From: Adineta vaga | Lineage: Eukaryota > Animalia > Rotifera | Reading direction: 5' to 3' | DNA: 64,000 nucleotides | NCBI GenBank assembly: GCA_021613535.1 | Contig: CP075493.1 | Span: forward strand, 10,205,179 to 10,269,178 | Shown here: positions 51,747 to 64,000 of the stretch, piece by piece | Layout: each line of letters starts with the position of its first letter | Numbering within the stretch: position 1 is the first letter of the stretch | Translations under genes and position numbers: made by a program | The notes under the pieces: generated by a model | What the model saw: only the letters and a program-made list of their open reading frames with translations | Databases searched by the model: none | What the model was told of the DNA's origin: nothing

Positions 51747-52902
51747 ATGTTCAGATGATATACTTACCTCAAGAGACAGACGAACACATGAGATATGAAT
51801 TGTGTGATTTTTGTAAGTGACACTAAAACGTTAGATTGTTATTTCAATACGATCGAGTTTTACATAACTCTTTTTAATGAAAAATTTGACTGGCTTTTTT
51901 TTGTTTAAAAAAAACATTGATCAATATGCATCATTGAGTACTTTGTTATTCATTGTGACATAGAAATCATTATCAAAAAAAAATATCTGATTGTTATAAT
52001 GATCGAGTGTTGATATAAATATCATGTTTAGTGTAACTAATGTATAGTGAGTCGATATTCTATGGTTGAATGAATGAAATACCCGCTAGTATACACGTAT
52101 CGAAATCGATGTTTTGCTACTGGCTGAAAAATATTAGGAAAAAAGAGAATGAAATCATTCGAATAATCGCTTTGATCTTTTTCACGTCTGATAATCATAC
52201 TTTTCATTCATTAGTAGACTAAATCATATTCGATGAAGAATTGTTTTTCAATTCTAAACACAACACTTCTGTTAATGATATGATATGAAATCAATTTTTT
52301 TGTTTTGGAAAAAGAAGCAATACGTAATGATTGAAAAAAGATTGAATATAGATCTTTAAAACGATTGTAAAAGGAAACTCTCTCATAGTGACATCTGATT
52401 AGACAACGCTCATTCGTCAACTTGAATACGATGGATCAGAATCATAAAAAAAAAGAATTTTATGTTCTGTGTTTTGCAACTAGAAACGAGAAAAGAAGGA
52501 GAAGAAAAAATCTAACTTTCAGTTTCTTGTTATTATCCTTGAATACCATGTGTTTACTTGACGATCGAGATATTTCTAATTTTTTTCTATTGTAACACGA
52601 TTATTATCGCAGATCAAATGATTCATTAGAAAGTCAATGTTCTAATCTTTATATTTATCCGTATCGATTAAATTAGTATATGACATTTCTTTTCATAATC
52701 TTTGTAGTAACGTATTACTAAGAATTCGATGAATTGAATAATATTTGTTTTTTTTCTACCTTCTTCTAAAAAGACACTTATAATGAAAATAAGCATTTTA
52801 TTCATTTGATTATTTTTAAAGGTCATGAGAATATCTGTTGATATACAAGAAATTTTCCTTTGTCAACTACTGTTAATCTCACGTTAATATTTCTCGTTTT
52901 AG

Positions 52903-55900
52903 ATGGCACGCCATGATGATTCAGGCGGTGTTAGTGCATTAGTTCGGCACACAGCTGGCATGGCTGAATTAGCAATTAATGCAGGCCATCCTGATCGTAA
53001 ACATAATGAATATTTACCATATCCTGATAATAATTTCAATGATCCTGTTGACGAACGCTTTCAAAGAGGTTTGGTTGTTCTTTTTATTAAAAAAATTTGC
53101 ATACTATGTGATTGTTTAGCGGATAAATTTACTGTTGCACATGTATTTGATCGTAGTGGACGCACATTTGTTCCCAATGTACCTGTTCATGTTAAATCGA
53201 TTGTTGCTGAACGTACCTACGCAGGTTTTACTGAATTTCTCAATCCATATTTGTTCGTATCAATAAATTCTACAAATCTCATTGATTATATGAAATATTT
53301 TTCGTTCTTAGATATTGTGTTACCACAAAACATGGTCCATTTGAATGGACGATTTACAAACGTTATCGAAATTTTAATGATTTACATAAAGCTTTAGTTC
53401 AATTTGTTGAAGCTGAAACTAAACACTCAATCAGTGATTTAGAAAAGTAAGTATTGACATAAGAAAATTGAACATAAGAAATACTGAAGAAGAATTGATT
53501 GAATAAATAATATATTTACTAACTTAATTAATATAGATCAGCGAGGCGAAATGAACCTGTAAGATTTCTTTCGCAACGATCGTAAGTTTATCTGTTCTAT
53601 TTTGTGTATAATAATTGTTGTAAAGAATCTGTTATTTATTGAATTCAAAGAAAAAATGTTCTTCTTCTTTTTAATTAGAGTGCAAGAAGAAGAAAATGAA
53701 AATCCATGTTTTCCGACACGAAATGATCGAATGGCTTTTATTAATGATAGTATCGTTCGAGAACGTTGCGTACGTTTTATTTTTCCTAAGCAAGTGCATG
53801 ACTCATATTTCCTTTTTTCTTTATAGCAAATTCTTCTTGAATATTTAAATAAAATTCTTAAACATCCAAAATTTCGTAATCATCCTGCTACAGTAAGTTT
53901 ATCGATTACTTTCTTTACTATCGTTTGATTATTCGATTTATTTGTAGCGTGAATTTTTCGATGTTAGTTGTGTTTCGTTTGTCTATGGTTTATCTAGCAG
54001 TATTAAAGAAGGTTATTTATTAAAACGTTCACATGATGATTATCGTGGACATAGTATTTTCTTTCGTTTACCATTCTTTTGTGATTTTTGTAAATTTCAT
54101 CATGGTCGAAAGTATGTCTTTCAAAACTAAACATACCAAAATCTTCACTTGTTTTCTTTCATTTAGATGGTTTATTATTAAAGATTCGTATATAACTTAT
54201 ATGCGTCCAGACACTTATGAAGTGCGTTTTCCAATGTTAGTAGATCGTGCATTTGATATTCAGACGGGCTTTCGTCATGCTCGAACACCACATGGTATAA
54301 AAATTACTAATCTACAACGGTCATTAGTTTTAAAATGTCGTAATAAACGAGATTGTGAAGAATGGACACAACATTTATTAAATTTAAAAGAACAAGCGAA
54401 AAGTTTTGTTAGTTCACAAGCAAGTCGTTTTAATTCATTTGCACCTATTCGACGAAAACAATTAGCTCATTGGTATTTTATTTAAGAAAATAATTTAGAT
54501 GATGAAATTATTTCTTTTTTCTAGGTTTATCAATGGTAAATCATATATGGAATCTGTAGCTAAAGCGCTTCTAACAGCTAGAGAAGAAGTATTTATTACG
54601 GATTGGTGGTTATCACCAGAAATCATGATGATGAGACCGACTGATGATGAATCATTTCGATTAGATAATTTATTGGGAAAAATAGCGGTAAGAGATTGAT
54701 TTAAATGATGAGATTTGAATATTCTGTATATGTTTCTTTTTAAGGATGATGGTATACGTGTTTATGTATTAGTTTTTAAAGAAATGTCATTTGCAATGGG
54801 TTTAAATAGTTTACATACGAAACGAGCTTTGATCGGAAAGAGTAAAAAGGGATTTATTAAAGTAAGACGATATGAAATTCAAAAGAACATATTTGATACT
54901 TGGGTTTTTCAAGGTTATTCGTCATCCTGATCATTACCCAAGTGGTGGTGTTTTTCTCTGGTCTCATCATGAAAAACTAGTGATTATTGATCAGAAAATT
55001 GCATTCGTAGGCGGAATTGATTTATGTTTCGGTCGTTGGGATGATGATTTTATGCGGTAAATAAATTTCCTCTAGGAATAGAAGAGAAGAAAAACAAGCT
55101 TAAACTGATTCAATTATATAACTAACATTCATGATTTAATGATCTAAGAGACCATATCACAATTAATTAAAATAAAGAGATTTTTAAATATGTTTTAGTC
55201 TTGTGGATTTGGGTGAAGAAAATGAAACGAAATTAAAGATGCCAGCGGAAATTGAAGCTGATAAACAAGCAGCAGGTGGCAAAGAAACAGTTGAAGCAGC
55301 AGAAATGGTAACAACTGAAATGGCTGAAAATGCTGGTGAAAGTCCTGCAAAGGTAACGAGAAGAATTCCGAATCCGAGCAAGAATATTCAAAAGTATAGT
55401 CAGTATCTCGTAAGTGTAAAAGAGAAGAAGAAGAACTGAAACGATCTTAACTAACGAACTATTAAAACAAACCGAAACTTGCATCTTCAATTTACTTCTT
55501 TATTTGTATGAGACAAAAAAAACGAGAGAGTGTGATGTATATTTAGGGTTCTGATCAAATGAGAACAACTGTAACTCCACCAAATAAAGGAAGTGACGAT
55601 GTAAAACCAGGTGAACAAACACATGCAAGTGGATCTGGTCATCATATGAAAACTGCTGCGAAAAAATGTAATTAGTTTATTTTTCTATTTTTCTATTTTT
55701 ACAATTTTTTCGTTTGCTTTTTTCTTCATAGGGATTGAATCTAAATTGTCAGGTAAGACTGAATCTTCTTTATCTCACTATATAAATACAAAAACAGGAG
55801 TGTTTCTTTCAAAACTAATCTCAAACTAAAATCTTGAGAAAACTATCTTATTTAGTTAATAGTCATTCGAATACTGTCTATCCCGAAGAAATTAATCGTA

Positions 55901-58561
55901 AGTTCAGTTAACAAATCAAATAAGATATTCGTTTGAACTAATAATATTTAGCAAACAAATGAATTTCATGGGATTTATTTTCTATACATGTGTGTGTGTT
56001 TGTGTTTGCACACTTAGCTTCATATACTGATATGCTCTTCTTGTTCTTGAAAAACAATTGATCTTTTTCTTCTCCTCTAGGAAATGATAATGATGGAAAT
56101 GAAAGTGATACTGAAAAGGGTAATCTTCGCGTCTCTCGCAAACCACTAATGCGTACACTAACCAGTACTGATAATAAACTAACTAACAACTCTTATGAAC
56201 AAGATTCTCAATCCCAACGAATGTCCAATTGGCGTCATTCAAAAACGAATTTAAATCGTTTACGATCACTTGATTCATTCGAAGCCGGTCAGGATGATCA
56301 TGCTGCTCATACTAATGCTGCTCTTCCTTCTAATCGATTTCGCTCGCAAAATGCTTTTAATAAATTTGTTCACCAGACCATAGATTTTGCACGACGTAGG
56401 TGATATTTTTTTTTGATTATTTTGATTTCATTAATCAATCGATTGTTGCTCACTAACAATGAAATAAAGAAAATGATTATTCATGTTTTTCTTCTCTCCT
56501 TCGATTACAGACGATCAAACACAAAATGAACCAAAAGTGTTTGATGACGATGAAGGAGCTATTCGACGACAACAAAGATATGCTGGTAAATGGCGACGAT
56601 TGGCAAAAGTAAATAATGCAAAACAATCGAATATGTAATGAATCATTTCTTTGAATAGATCATAAGAAAAAGCAGCAGCGAAGAAGAAAATTCCGAAGAT
56701 GAAGAAAAACCTGAAGAACCTCAATCTATCATTGGTCCATCACCTGTTATCGATACAAAACATCGCTATTTTATTGGAAAAGATTATTCAAATCCATATG
56801 AAAAAGATTTTGAAATTCTTGAAAAATATGCTGAAGGTAAGTAACAAGAATTTTTTATTACATAATATGAAATTATTTATCGGATTGATTTCTAATAGAT
56901 TTTATTGATCGAAAAGCCGTTCCTCGAATGCCATGGCATGACGAACGAAGCACTTGTTGTATTTGGACAAGCTGCTCGTGATGTCGCCAGACATTTTATT
57001 CAACGATGGAATATTCATAAAGTATTTCTTAATGAAAATCAATTTCATGTGAAATTGTATCTTGATTTTCTTTTAGTGTGAAAAATTTCTTTATAATGAT
57101 TCTTATCCATTCCTATTACCAAAGACTTATGATGATCCTGATGAATTACGAGTGACTAATTGGAAAGATTTTCTCGATGCTCCACCATGTAAAGTTGATG
57201 CTCAGTGTGTTCGATCAGTAGGGACATGGTCTATAGGTACAAGAACAATTGAATCATCGATACAAAATGCTTATATACAAATGATTGATGCAGCGAAATA
57301 TTATATTTATATAGAAGTATATTAATCTATTGATATTCACTTTAATTCTATGAACTGTTTTAGAATCAATTTTTTATTACCATAGCTGATGATGCCGTAG
57401 TTAAAAATCAATTGGCTGAAGCACTTTTCCGTCGAGTATTACGAGCGCATGCGTTAGTACATTGAATTTCTTAATTTCAATAAATCGACTTTTTCTGTTT
57501 TAGTTCAAATGAAAAATTTCGTATTTATATTGTTCTTCCTCTTTTACCTGGCTTTGATAATGTTAATGCAGTTCAAGCTGTACTCTATTTTATTATGCGT
57601 TCGATTACAAAAGGTGAACAATCATTATTTAAACGATTGGAAAATGCTGGTAAATATATTTGACTATTTTGATCGATTCTGAATCTTTCTCGTTGGTCTT
57701 CAGGTGTACCACCAGATGATTATATTAGTTTTTATGGTATGCGTGCTCATGATGTTCTAATGGGTGTTTTAGTAAGTGATGAAGAAGAAGAAGAAGAAGA
57801 AGGAATCGATGTTTTTATATTCGTCAATTTAGGTAACTGAAATCATCTACGTTCATTCGAAATTAATGATAATTGATGACCGCATGGCAATATGTGGTAG
57901 TGCTAACATTAATGATCGTTCGTTACTTGGTCAACGTGATAGTGAATTTGGTATTGTAATAAATGATCTTGAAGAAGAAGACGGTATGTTTAATGGAAAA
58001 AAGATACTTGTCGGCAAATTCTGTTCCAGTTGGAGAAAACAACTTTTTGCGTATGTATAAATTCAACCATGAAATTATTTACTTTTCTTCTTTTCGTAGA
58101 ATGATGTTAGGTATTCAATTCGAAAATCCAAAAAATATCGATATTAATGATCCAACATCTGATGAATTCTATGATTATTTTCGTGGTGTAGCAAAAAAAA
58201 ATACATTAATCTATGAAGAAGTTTTTGCTACATTACCGAGTGATCGTGTTCGACGATTTGATCAAGTTGGTCAATATACAGAAGTGCCAAAATTGAAAGA
58301 TACTGATCCGATACAAGTTCGATTTTGATTCTAATACTTTTTTGTTTTGTAAATAATCATTTTTTTTGTTCGTTTTCAGGCACAAGATAAATTAAAAGCC
58401 GTACAAGGTTTAGTCGTCGAATATCCATTGTATTTTCTTGATGATGAAAATTATTTACCAAGTCTTCGAACTCGTGAAGGTAACGTTTGATGCAACTGTT
58501 GGTTCGATTATCTAAGATGATTTTGTTTATTTTAGGTCTTGTTCCAAATGTTATGTGGACC
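52903..58561 (+). CDS. PLD: Phospholipase D (PLD1/2-type, PX-PH-HKD-HKD), about 15 exons, ending with the canonical ...VWT*.
   Basis: PX-domain exon [28 protein letters not shown] at about 53340-53450. PH-domain exons [26 protein letters not shown] at about 54005 and [16 protein letters not shown]...[12 protein letters not shown] at about 54160-54470. [16 protein letters not shown] at about 54580. HKD1 [27 protein letters not shown] at about 54960-55050. Acidic/K-rich loop exons 55200-56400. PRMPWHDE...[14 protein letters not shown] at about 56915-57015. HKD2 [34 protein letters not shown] at about 57850-57950. C-terminus [32 protein letters not shown] ending 58561. Confidence 0.88.
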
Positions 58562-59224
58562 TAATTTGTCTTTCTTATTTTTTCATTATAAAAGAATGAA
58601 GTAATATAATCGTATATATATATATTTTTTTTCTTTTTCGGTGAGATAAATAATGAATTTGAGAAACAGAAAACTAAGTTATCTTGATTATTCTTCTTTT
58701 TACAAATCTGTGCTAGGTTGTGTTTATTCAGTTCAATTTCCGTTTTCTGTGATTTTGTAATCTATTTTCGTTCCGTATATCAAACTTCATTTCATCGTTC
58801 TTTTCTTCTTCTTCTTTTTTTTTAATGTCGACTGCTCAAATCTTGTTGATGGTATGCTTGATTGTTACATAACTATATATATATATAAATATACAGACGA
58901 GGATATAAATAAATGTCTAAGCAATAATATGCTTTGTTTTGTAATTCAAAAAGCAAAGTAAAAAGACACAACAAAAAAGAAGAACACAGAAATGCTGTTT
59001 GGAATATCGTTTTAATCCTGTTTATTGGTATTCGTCGAAAGTTTTGGTCGAGTTACTGTTCGGAGCATTAAACGAACACGAATGACACCTAGAAAAGAAA
59101 AGAAAAGAAGGGTGTGGGTGTTAGATAGATGTAATACTAACATCCTCAGACCAGAAGATCCTTGGATCCGTAGACCCGTGGACCCAAAGATATACATGAA
59201 TGAATGAATGTATGTATGTATATA

Positions 59225-59345
59225 ATTATATAGGTAGAGAATTATGAAGACCCGAAGATATGAGCATATCAGAATTGATAAAGTAGGAAGGTATACATGT
59301 GTATATATACATAGGTAGAGAATTATGAAGATCGGAAGACACGTA
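59225..59345. repeat. Two direct copies of an approximately 30-bp motif (ATAGGTAGAGAATTATGAAGAYCSGAAGA) about 80 bp apart in the PLD/ENT convergent 3' intergenic region. GATCC/GTGGACCC-type short repeats lie just upstream.
   Basis: taggtagagaattatgaagacccgaagatatgagcat at about 59232 and taggtagagaattatgaagatcggaagacacgtagaccc at about 59312. Also gatccttggatccgtagacccgtggaccc at 59158-59186. Confidence 0.6.
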
Positions 59346-59756
59346 GACCCACAGTGTTCAAAAGTAATTTAGTTGAAAATATCCAATTGGCTAATACATT
59401 TTTCAGCATTAGTCGTGAATTAAGGTGACTCAATGAACATAGTACTTAAAATGTATCTGGCGATGGTTAAATGAAATGATTAGGATCGTGAAAAATGTTT
59501 TGAAGAATGGAGAGCAGCGCTACCTAGACATGTAAGAATGGCTGTCATTCATTATATAAAAGCAATTTTTCTCTCGACCCGTATACCCACGGTTGTGTGA
59601 GAAAAGGATGTCCCTTGCGATTTTGAATTCAGAAAGAATTCAAAAAGACCATAGAGTCGGATATGTTCCCTCGTAAGTGAAAAAGTTTGTCTATGATAAT
59701 ATAGATTTATTCTTCGATTAAAAAAAAGAGAAAAAAATGAAATTAAATCAAAGAAC

Positions 59757-61017
59757 TTTCGCTAAAGCTAAAGCAGCTGAAACAATCGAACCAGCTGCAG
59801 TCATTAAATAAGCTGCTCTTTCACAATTATTAACTCCAACGATTGATGAAGGACGAACCATAAAAGTAACTGTTGCAAGAAGACCATTACTCATTCCCAT
59901 TAATGTTATTAAACCAAGAAGTAAGTAATTATCAGTTGAATGACGAAAAAATATAATTATAATAGATGCTGTTCTTAAAATAGAACAAATGAGACAAAAA
60001 GTTTTTCTGAAAAAAATCGATGAAGTTTAATAGCTATTGTTCGACCAATAAGATCTCCACTATTAAATGTGATAATAACAAATGGAGAACACCACCAATC
60101 TTTTCCAGTATCTCTAAACCAACGAGTTTTTGTTACACCACATGGAATACCTGGCCATAATAATAAACTTATAAATAAAACATAAAATTGAACGAATAAA
60201 TGAATTTTTAAAATTTTCGCTAATCTACAAAATGAAAGTTCACCCTCAACAAGTTGTAATTGAACAATATTTTCATTTTGTTCACGTTGAAATGAAGCCA
60301 TTGGTTGATTAACTCTTCCACTAATTGATGGAAGGTTAATTAAACGATAATAAACATAAATTGCAACAAAACATAAGAAAATTAAAACACCCATAAAGAT
60401 ATAAAATGATACTTGATCAACTTAACTTGAATCACTATGAGCAAGTAAAACAATTAACCGATTCAGCACGATTCGATTTTATTACAGTGTAATGTCGCCC
60501 ACCGCTGGACGACATCGTGTTGAATGGGTTAAGCAAATAATTCTATTTGCACTAGCATTAAAAAATCCAGCTATACCCTAGATTGATGATTCAGTTAATG
60601 TATTCAATGCTCCAACAGCTGCAAACGCAAATATTAATAAATATTGATTTTTTTCTTGAGGTAACTAAGATTTCAATGATTATATAACCAATATAACCAG
60701 GTATAATACGTTTTGTAAATCCAAAATTATAAACACGTTAAACTAATTGAATTATACGAAGTAAAAACATAGCTGAACCAGCTGACACTGTTCCCCAAAA
60801 TTCTGAATTAGCACGGGGAAAGATATGGAGATAATAATTTTGTGCGGATATTAATGATTCATATCCCCATAAGACAACTTAAATTAAGAAAAAGAAGATA
60901 GCAATAGATTTTTCGATGATATTTGATTAGATCAGCGTCGTCGTTTTGTACTACAGGAACCAATTCGACTATATTTATCTGTAAATTTTCTTTTCTATCA
61001 TCTCTCATTATATCCAT
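59757..61017 (-). CDS. ENT: Equilibrative nucleoside transporter (SLC29/ENT family), multi-exon.
   Basis: C-terminal exons at 59757-59990: ...TLMGMSNGLLATVTFMVRPSSIVGVNNCERAAYLMTAAGSIVSAALALAKVL* matches ENT FM..FG.SNGYL.SL.M.YGP...E.E.AG. ORF 59975-60394 is a multi-TM segment. Upstream exons about 60780-60900 (VVLWGYESLISAQNYYLHIFPRANSEFWGTVSAGSA). Putative start MDIMRDDRKENLQ... at about 61017. Confidence 0.7.
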
Positions 61018-61920
61018 TTTCATATCTAAAGAAGAAATGAATTTTTTCAGATGAACAAACTATCCTTCATACTTGCGAGGTAAATGATAAAGAAATATTA
61101 ATATTCTGATGTGTTACAGAAAAAGAAATAATAATAATGAATCTCATATCTTATCTTTTGACCATCATTTTTATTGGAATTATACACATGACAAATAATT
61201 TCATTATTTTTTCGTTCTAAACTAGGTCGAATCTTTGTTTTCTTTTCTCGATTCCGATGAAATTTCAGGATTTTTTTTCATGCGAAGAAAAACAAAGATA
61301 AAAATGCTGATATGAAACATTATTGTTGTGGTGCAGTTAAAGTCCTTCTTTTGATAAACAATATTGATAGAGTTATTAAAATCTTCTTTATATTCCTTGA
61401 AATTTTATCCTATCTATTGACAGTTCATAATTTATACGATTTTATCGCCTTTTTAATTAGCTTTTCAAGTGTAATCGGATAAAATTGAAAAATTTTCACG
61501 GATGATACACAGATCCTGAACTTCATATTTAAAAAAATGACCTCCTTATTCTGTTTTAATGGTCAAATTATTAAGTCATATATCACTAATGCGTTCCAAT
61601 AAATTTCATGCAAAAAGATGCAAACAATAATTATTTCTGATCAAAGTTTATTAAAGACAAGAGTAACATCGTTAAAGAAATCTATGAAAAAAGACAAAAT
61701 TGAACTATTTGAATAGAGTTCAAGTTGATTTTCAACACTCAAGTAGTTCATATTGTCTTCTTCTTCCTACAGATAAAAACAAAAATGTATGTTCATCTTC
61801 TCAAACTTCTGATCATTTTCGTTGCTCTTGTTGTCGACGTTCTAAATGGAACAAAATGCTAATATACGATACAGTGCAGTTCTTGGCTTACCTGTTAACA
61901 AGCCTTGTAATTGTCCATAG

Positions 61921-62322
61921 TTTAACATCCGCTCCTGGCACTAGAATACAACAAATCGATCAGCATTTTTATTATCCTATTTTCAGTGTATTGAATTTAT
62001 TTTCATCAATTATTGTACGAACCTTATTCATGAAATGCAGATTGATATTGTACACTGTAACAGCAGTAGAATCTGGCTTTTGGACTTCTGCCACCATTGC
62101 CGATGATAAATCATTCAATTCCTTGTCAAGAGTATCAATCTGTTGGACCAAAAGTTCTATCTAAACATGAAAACAAAAACTAGAATCATGAGACAAATAA
62201 TGGAGATATATCATGCAGTAAAACAGAAAAATTCAAAAACAATTCTCAATATCAACTGGCATTTGTCTTTCCATATTCATGGAGATTCTTACTGGATCAA
62301 TGGCCATTATTTTTATGATGGT
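61921..62322 (-). CDS. Small (about 85 aa) two-exon coiled-coil ORF not present in the ORF track because it is split by an intron. Hypothetical.
   Basis: Exon 1 MAIDP at about 62308-62322, followed by a gtaaga donor. Intron of about 150 bp ends at gtttag (about 62166). Exon 2 IELLVQQIDTLDKELNDLSSAMVAEVQKPDSTAVTVYNINLHFMNKVRTIIDENKFNTLKIGIIKMLIDLLYSSARSGC*, stop at 61921. Confidence 0.3.
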
Positions 62323-63305
62323 GGAATGAGAATATGATATTCATGCACATTTGTACAGATTTATATATATATATATCATCCCGTCATCAGATTAGTCGGA
62401 AACAAAACAGCAACGTTGAACAAGAAATAATGATAGAAAAGAAAGAAAGAAAAAAGAAAAGATAAACATCATGCGGACGAGCATTGTTAAGGTCATGCAC
62501 AAAAAAGTTAGTCGAGTAGAATTAAAAAAAAGTCGAATACCCTGTCCTGTCTAGAGACGAACAAAAATGATATAACAATCACAATACTCAATATATATTC
62601 ATTTCGAGATACTTTACGTACATTGTTTTTGGTTGCGATGCTGCGATATTGGACATTTTTTAATGTGATCAAGAAGTTTTTGATTGCAATCTACAAAATA
62701 GTACACTTTTAAACATCGATCGATGCAAATGAAAAAGACAGAAATTAAGAAACAATTTCACATAATTTAACTTACAAAACATTTTAGATTACAATACCTT
62801 CAAAGAATTTTACACGAAACTTTCCCTACTGTGTGTGAAATCTCAAATAGTTTTACGCGAAACTTTTTTGAAAGTTTCGTGATTTTTGTAATACTCAAAA
62901 AGTATACTAACGTTCTTTCGTATGTTATGATGCCTATTTTCAATCCAATATAGTATAATCGTATAAGTTGATATATAGTAGTAAATCGTTTACACGATGT
63001 CTTTGTTATTATCTCGTCGCGCCATTCGTTTTTATGGAAGTTCAGTGTTGGGTGAAGAAAAATTCCGAATAGATATCGCTTCACTTTGATTTAATCAAAA
63101 TAAATTAGAAAAACGAAAATAAAAAATTTCAAATAAAAAAAATAAATAAAAGCAGAAAAAAATATTTTTTTCTGAAAAGAATAAAATGTTGAGGGTCAGT
63201 ATCAGTAGTTACGATTTTATGTAATAATAATCTGTCTATGGAAGTAAAATAACTGATGATCTGAAATAATAAGTCGAGGATTAAAACAGAAAATCAAAAG
63301 AATTG

Positions 63306-64000
63306 ATGGCCTCAAGCGTTGCAAATATTCCGAATCCAAATGAAGCAGCTCCACGTTTATCAAGTGTTGACTCAGCTATATTTGATGAAGGAGAAGATTC
63401 ACCCGACGAAATTTTACATGGAGAAGAAGAAAGTTTCGATGAACTTAATGAAGATAATCAACAAAACGGACAATGCAAGTCAGTTATTTTATTGATTATT
63501 TGTTTTATTTAAAAGAAAAACTTGAATCTATTTGTTATAGAGCACTTGTTCCACGTTCAATTCGTTATGGTTCAACACGTGCACCAATGATTCAATTTTA
63601 TCCCAAAGTTGTCTATGGTCGATGTCCTCAAGCACGAAAAATCGGGGAAAAGCATAGTTTAACATTTAAATTTGTTAAAAATGAAATAAAATTAATTCGA
63701 AATATCTTAGAAGGACATGGATTTCGTGAAGTACATCCTTCCAGTTCAAAATTTAATATAATGTGGACTGGTGGAGGAATGAAACCATTTACATTACGAT
63801 CATGAAATTCATTTCAACGTGTTAATCATTTTCATCGATCCTATGAAATGACACGAAAAGATCGTCTTTATAAAAATGTTCAAAAAATGCAACAAGAAAA
63901 AGGAGTAAAAAATTCTAATTTTATTCTAACAACATTTCTTCTTCCTTATGAATTTGAAGATTTTTCAGGTGAATTTATTTCAATTCCTTAATAGAGTTTT
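63306..64000 (+). CDS. TTLL: Tubulin-tyrosine-ligase-like (TTLL polyglutamylase family) gene, 5' part; it continues beyond the window.
   Basis: Exon 1 MASSVANIPNPNEAAPRLSSVDSAIFDEGEDSPDE... Exon 2 from about 63539: YGRCPQARKIGEKHSLTFKFVKNEIKLIRNILEGHGFREVHPSSSKFNIMWTGGGMKPFTLRS. Then QRVNHFHRSYEMTRKDRLYKNVQKMQQEKG. This matches the TTLL core motif ...GF...S.DFNLMW.G.H.KP..LRSL...Q.VNHFP...ELTRKD.L.KN. Confidence 0.75.

Noticed and set aside
52903-53397. 164-aa plus ORF treated as one exon
   Set aside because: The first part (MARHDDSGG...ERFQRG) is plausibly PLD exon 1, but the ORF then runs through an intron into the PX-domain exon in a different frame. It was kept only as part of the spliced PLD gene.
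61700-62164. 154-aa plus-strand ORF
   Set aside because: Implausible composition (CSCCRRSKW...). The opposite strand carries a much more protein-like spliced ORF (see finding), so the plus ORF is most likely antisense noise.

Overview
This window is AT-rich (about 70%), very gene-dense nuclear DNA from a eukaryote, almost certainly a metazoan. The rule-of-thumb markers are GT-AG introns of about 45-70 bp, abundant microsatellites, and poly-Q and poly-His coding tracts; there are no prokaryotic signatures. I did not find a CRISPR array, a phage-type defence system or a mobile element. About 22 protein-coding genes can be placed by reading motifs directly from the translations. The larger ORFs are exon pieces with short retained introns.

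Genes, in order along the window:
- A large coiled-coil protein gene (-).
- GALK2-type N-acetylgalactosamine kinase (-).
- A Ser/Thr/His-rich low-complexity protein (-).
- ASCC2 (+), with a calcineurin-B-homologous EF-hand gene (CHP) nested antisense in its CUE-domain intron.
- SRP72 (+), starting only about 115 bp after the ASCC2 stop.
- Kinesin light chain (-).
- A POU class IV (Brn-3/unc-86) homeobox gene (+), behind a roughly 4 kb gene-free upstream region.
- A small coiled-coil gene (-).
- An anoctamin (TMEM16) gene (-).
- RPL13 (+) and COX11 (+), about 145 bp apart.
- An intronless N-acylglucosamine 2-epimerase (RENBP-like) gene (-).
- Two tandem MFSD5-like (molybdate-anion transporter) genes (-), with mosaic blocks of near-identity.
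- An F-box/LRR gene plus an adjacent LRR-like fragment (-).
- A multi-CUB + LDLa + TM receptor (LEV-10/Neto-like) (-).
- A PX-PH phospholipase D (+).
- An equilibrative nucleoside transporter (-).
- A small split coiled-coil ORF (-).
- The 5' end of a TTLL glutamylase gene (+).

The most interesting structures are the MFSD5 tandem duplicate with probable gene-conversion tracts, the nested CHP/ASCC2 arrangement, the POU-IV locus, which has a frame discontinuity, and same-strand gene pairs spaced about 100-150 bp apart, which suggest operon-like transcription. All coordinates come from hand translation and are approximate at exon boundaries.
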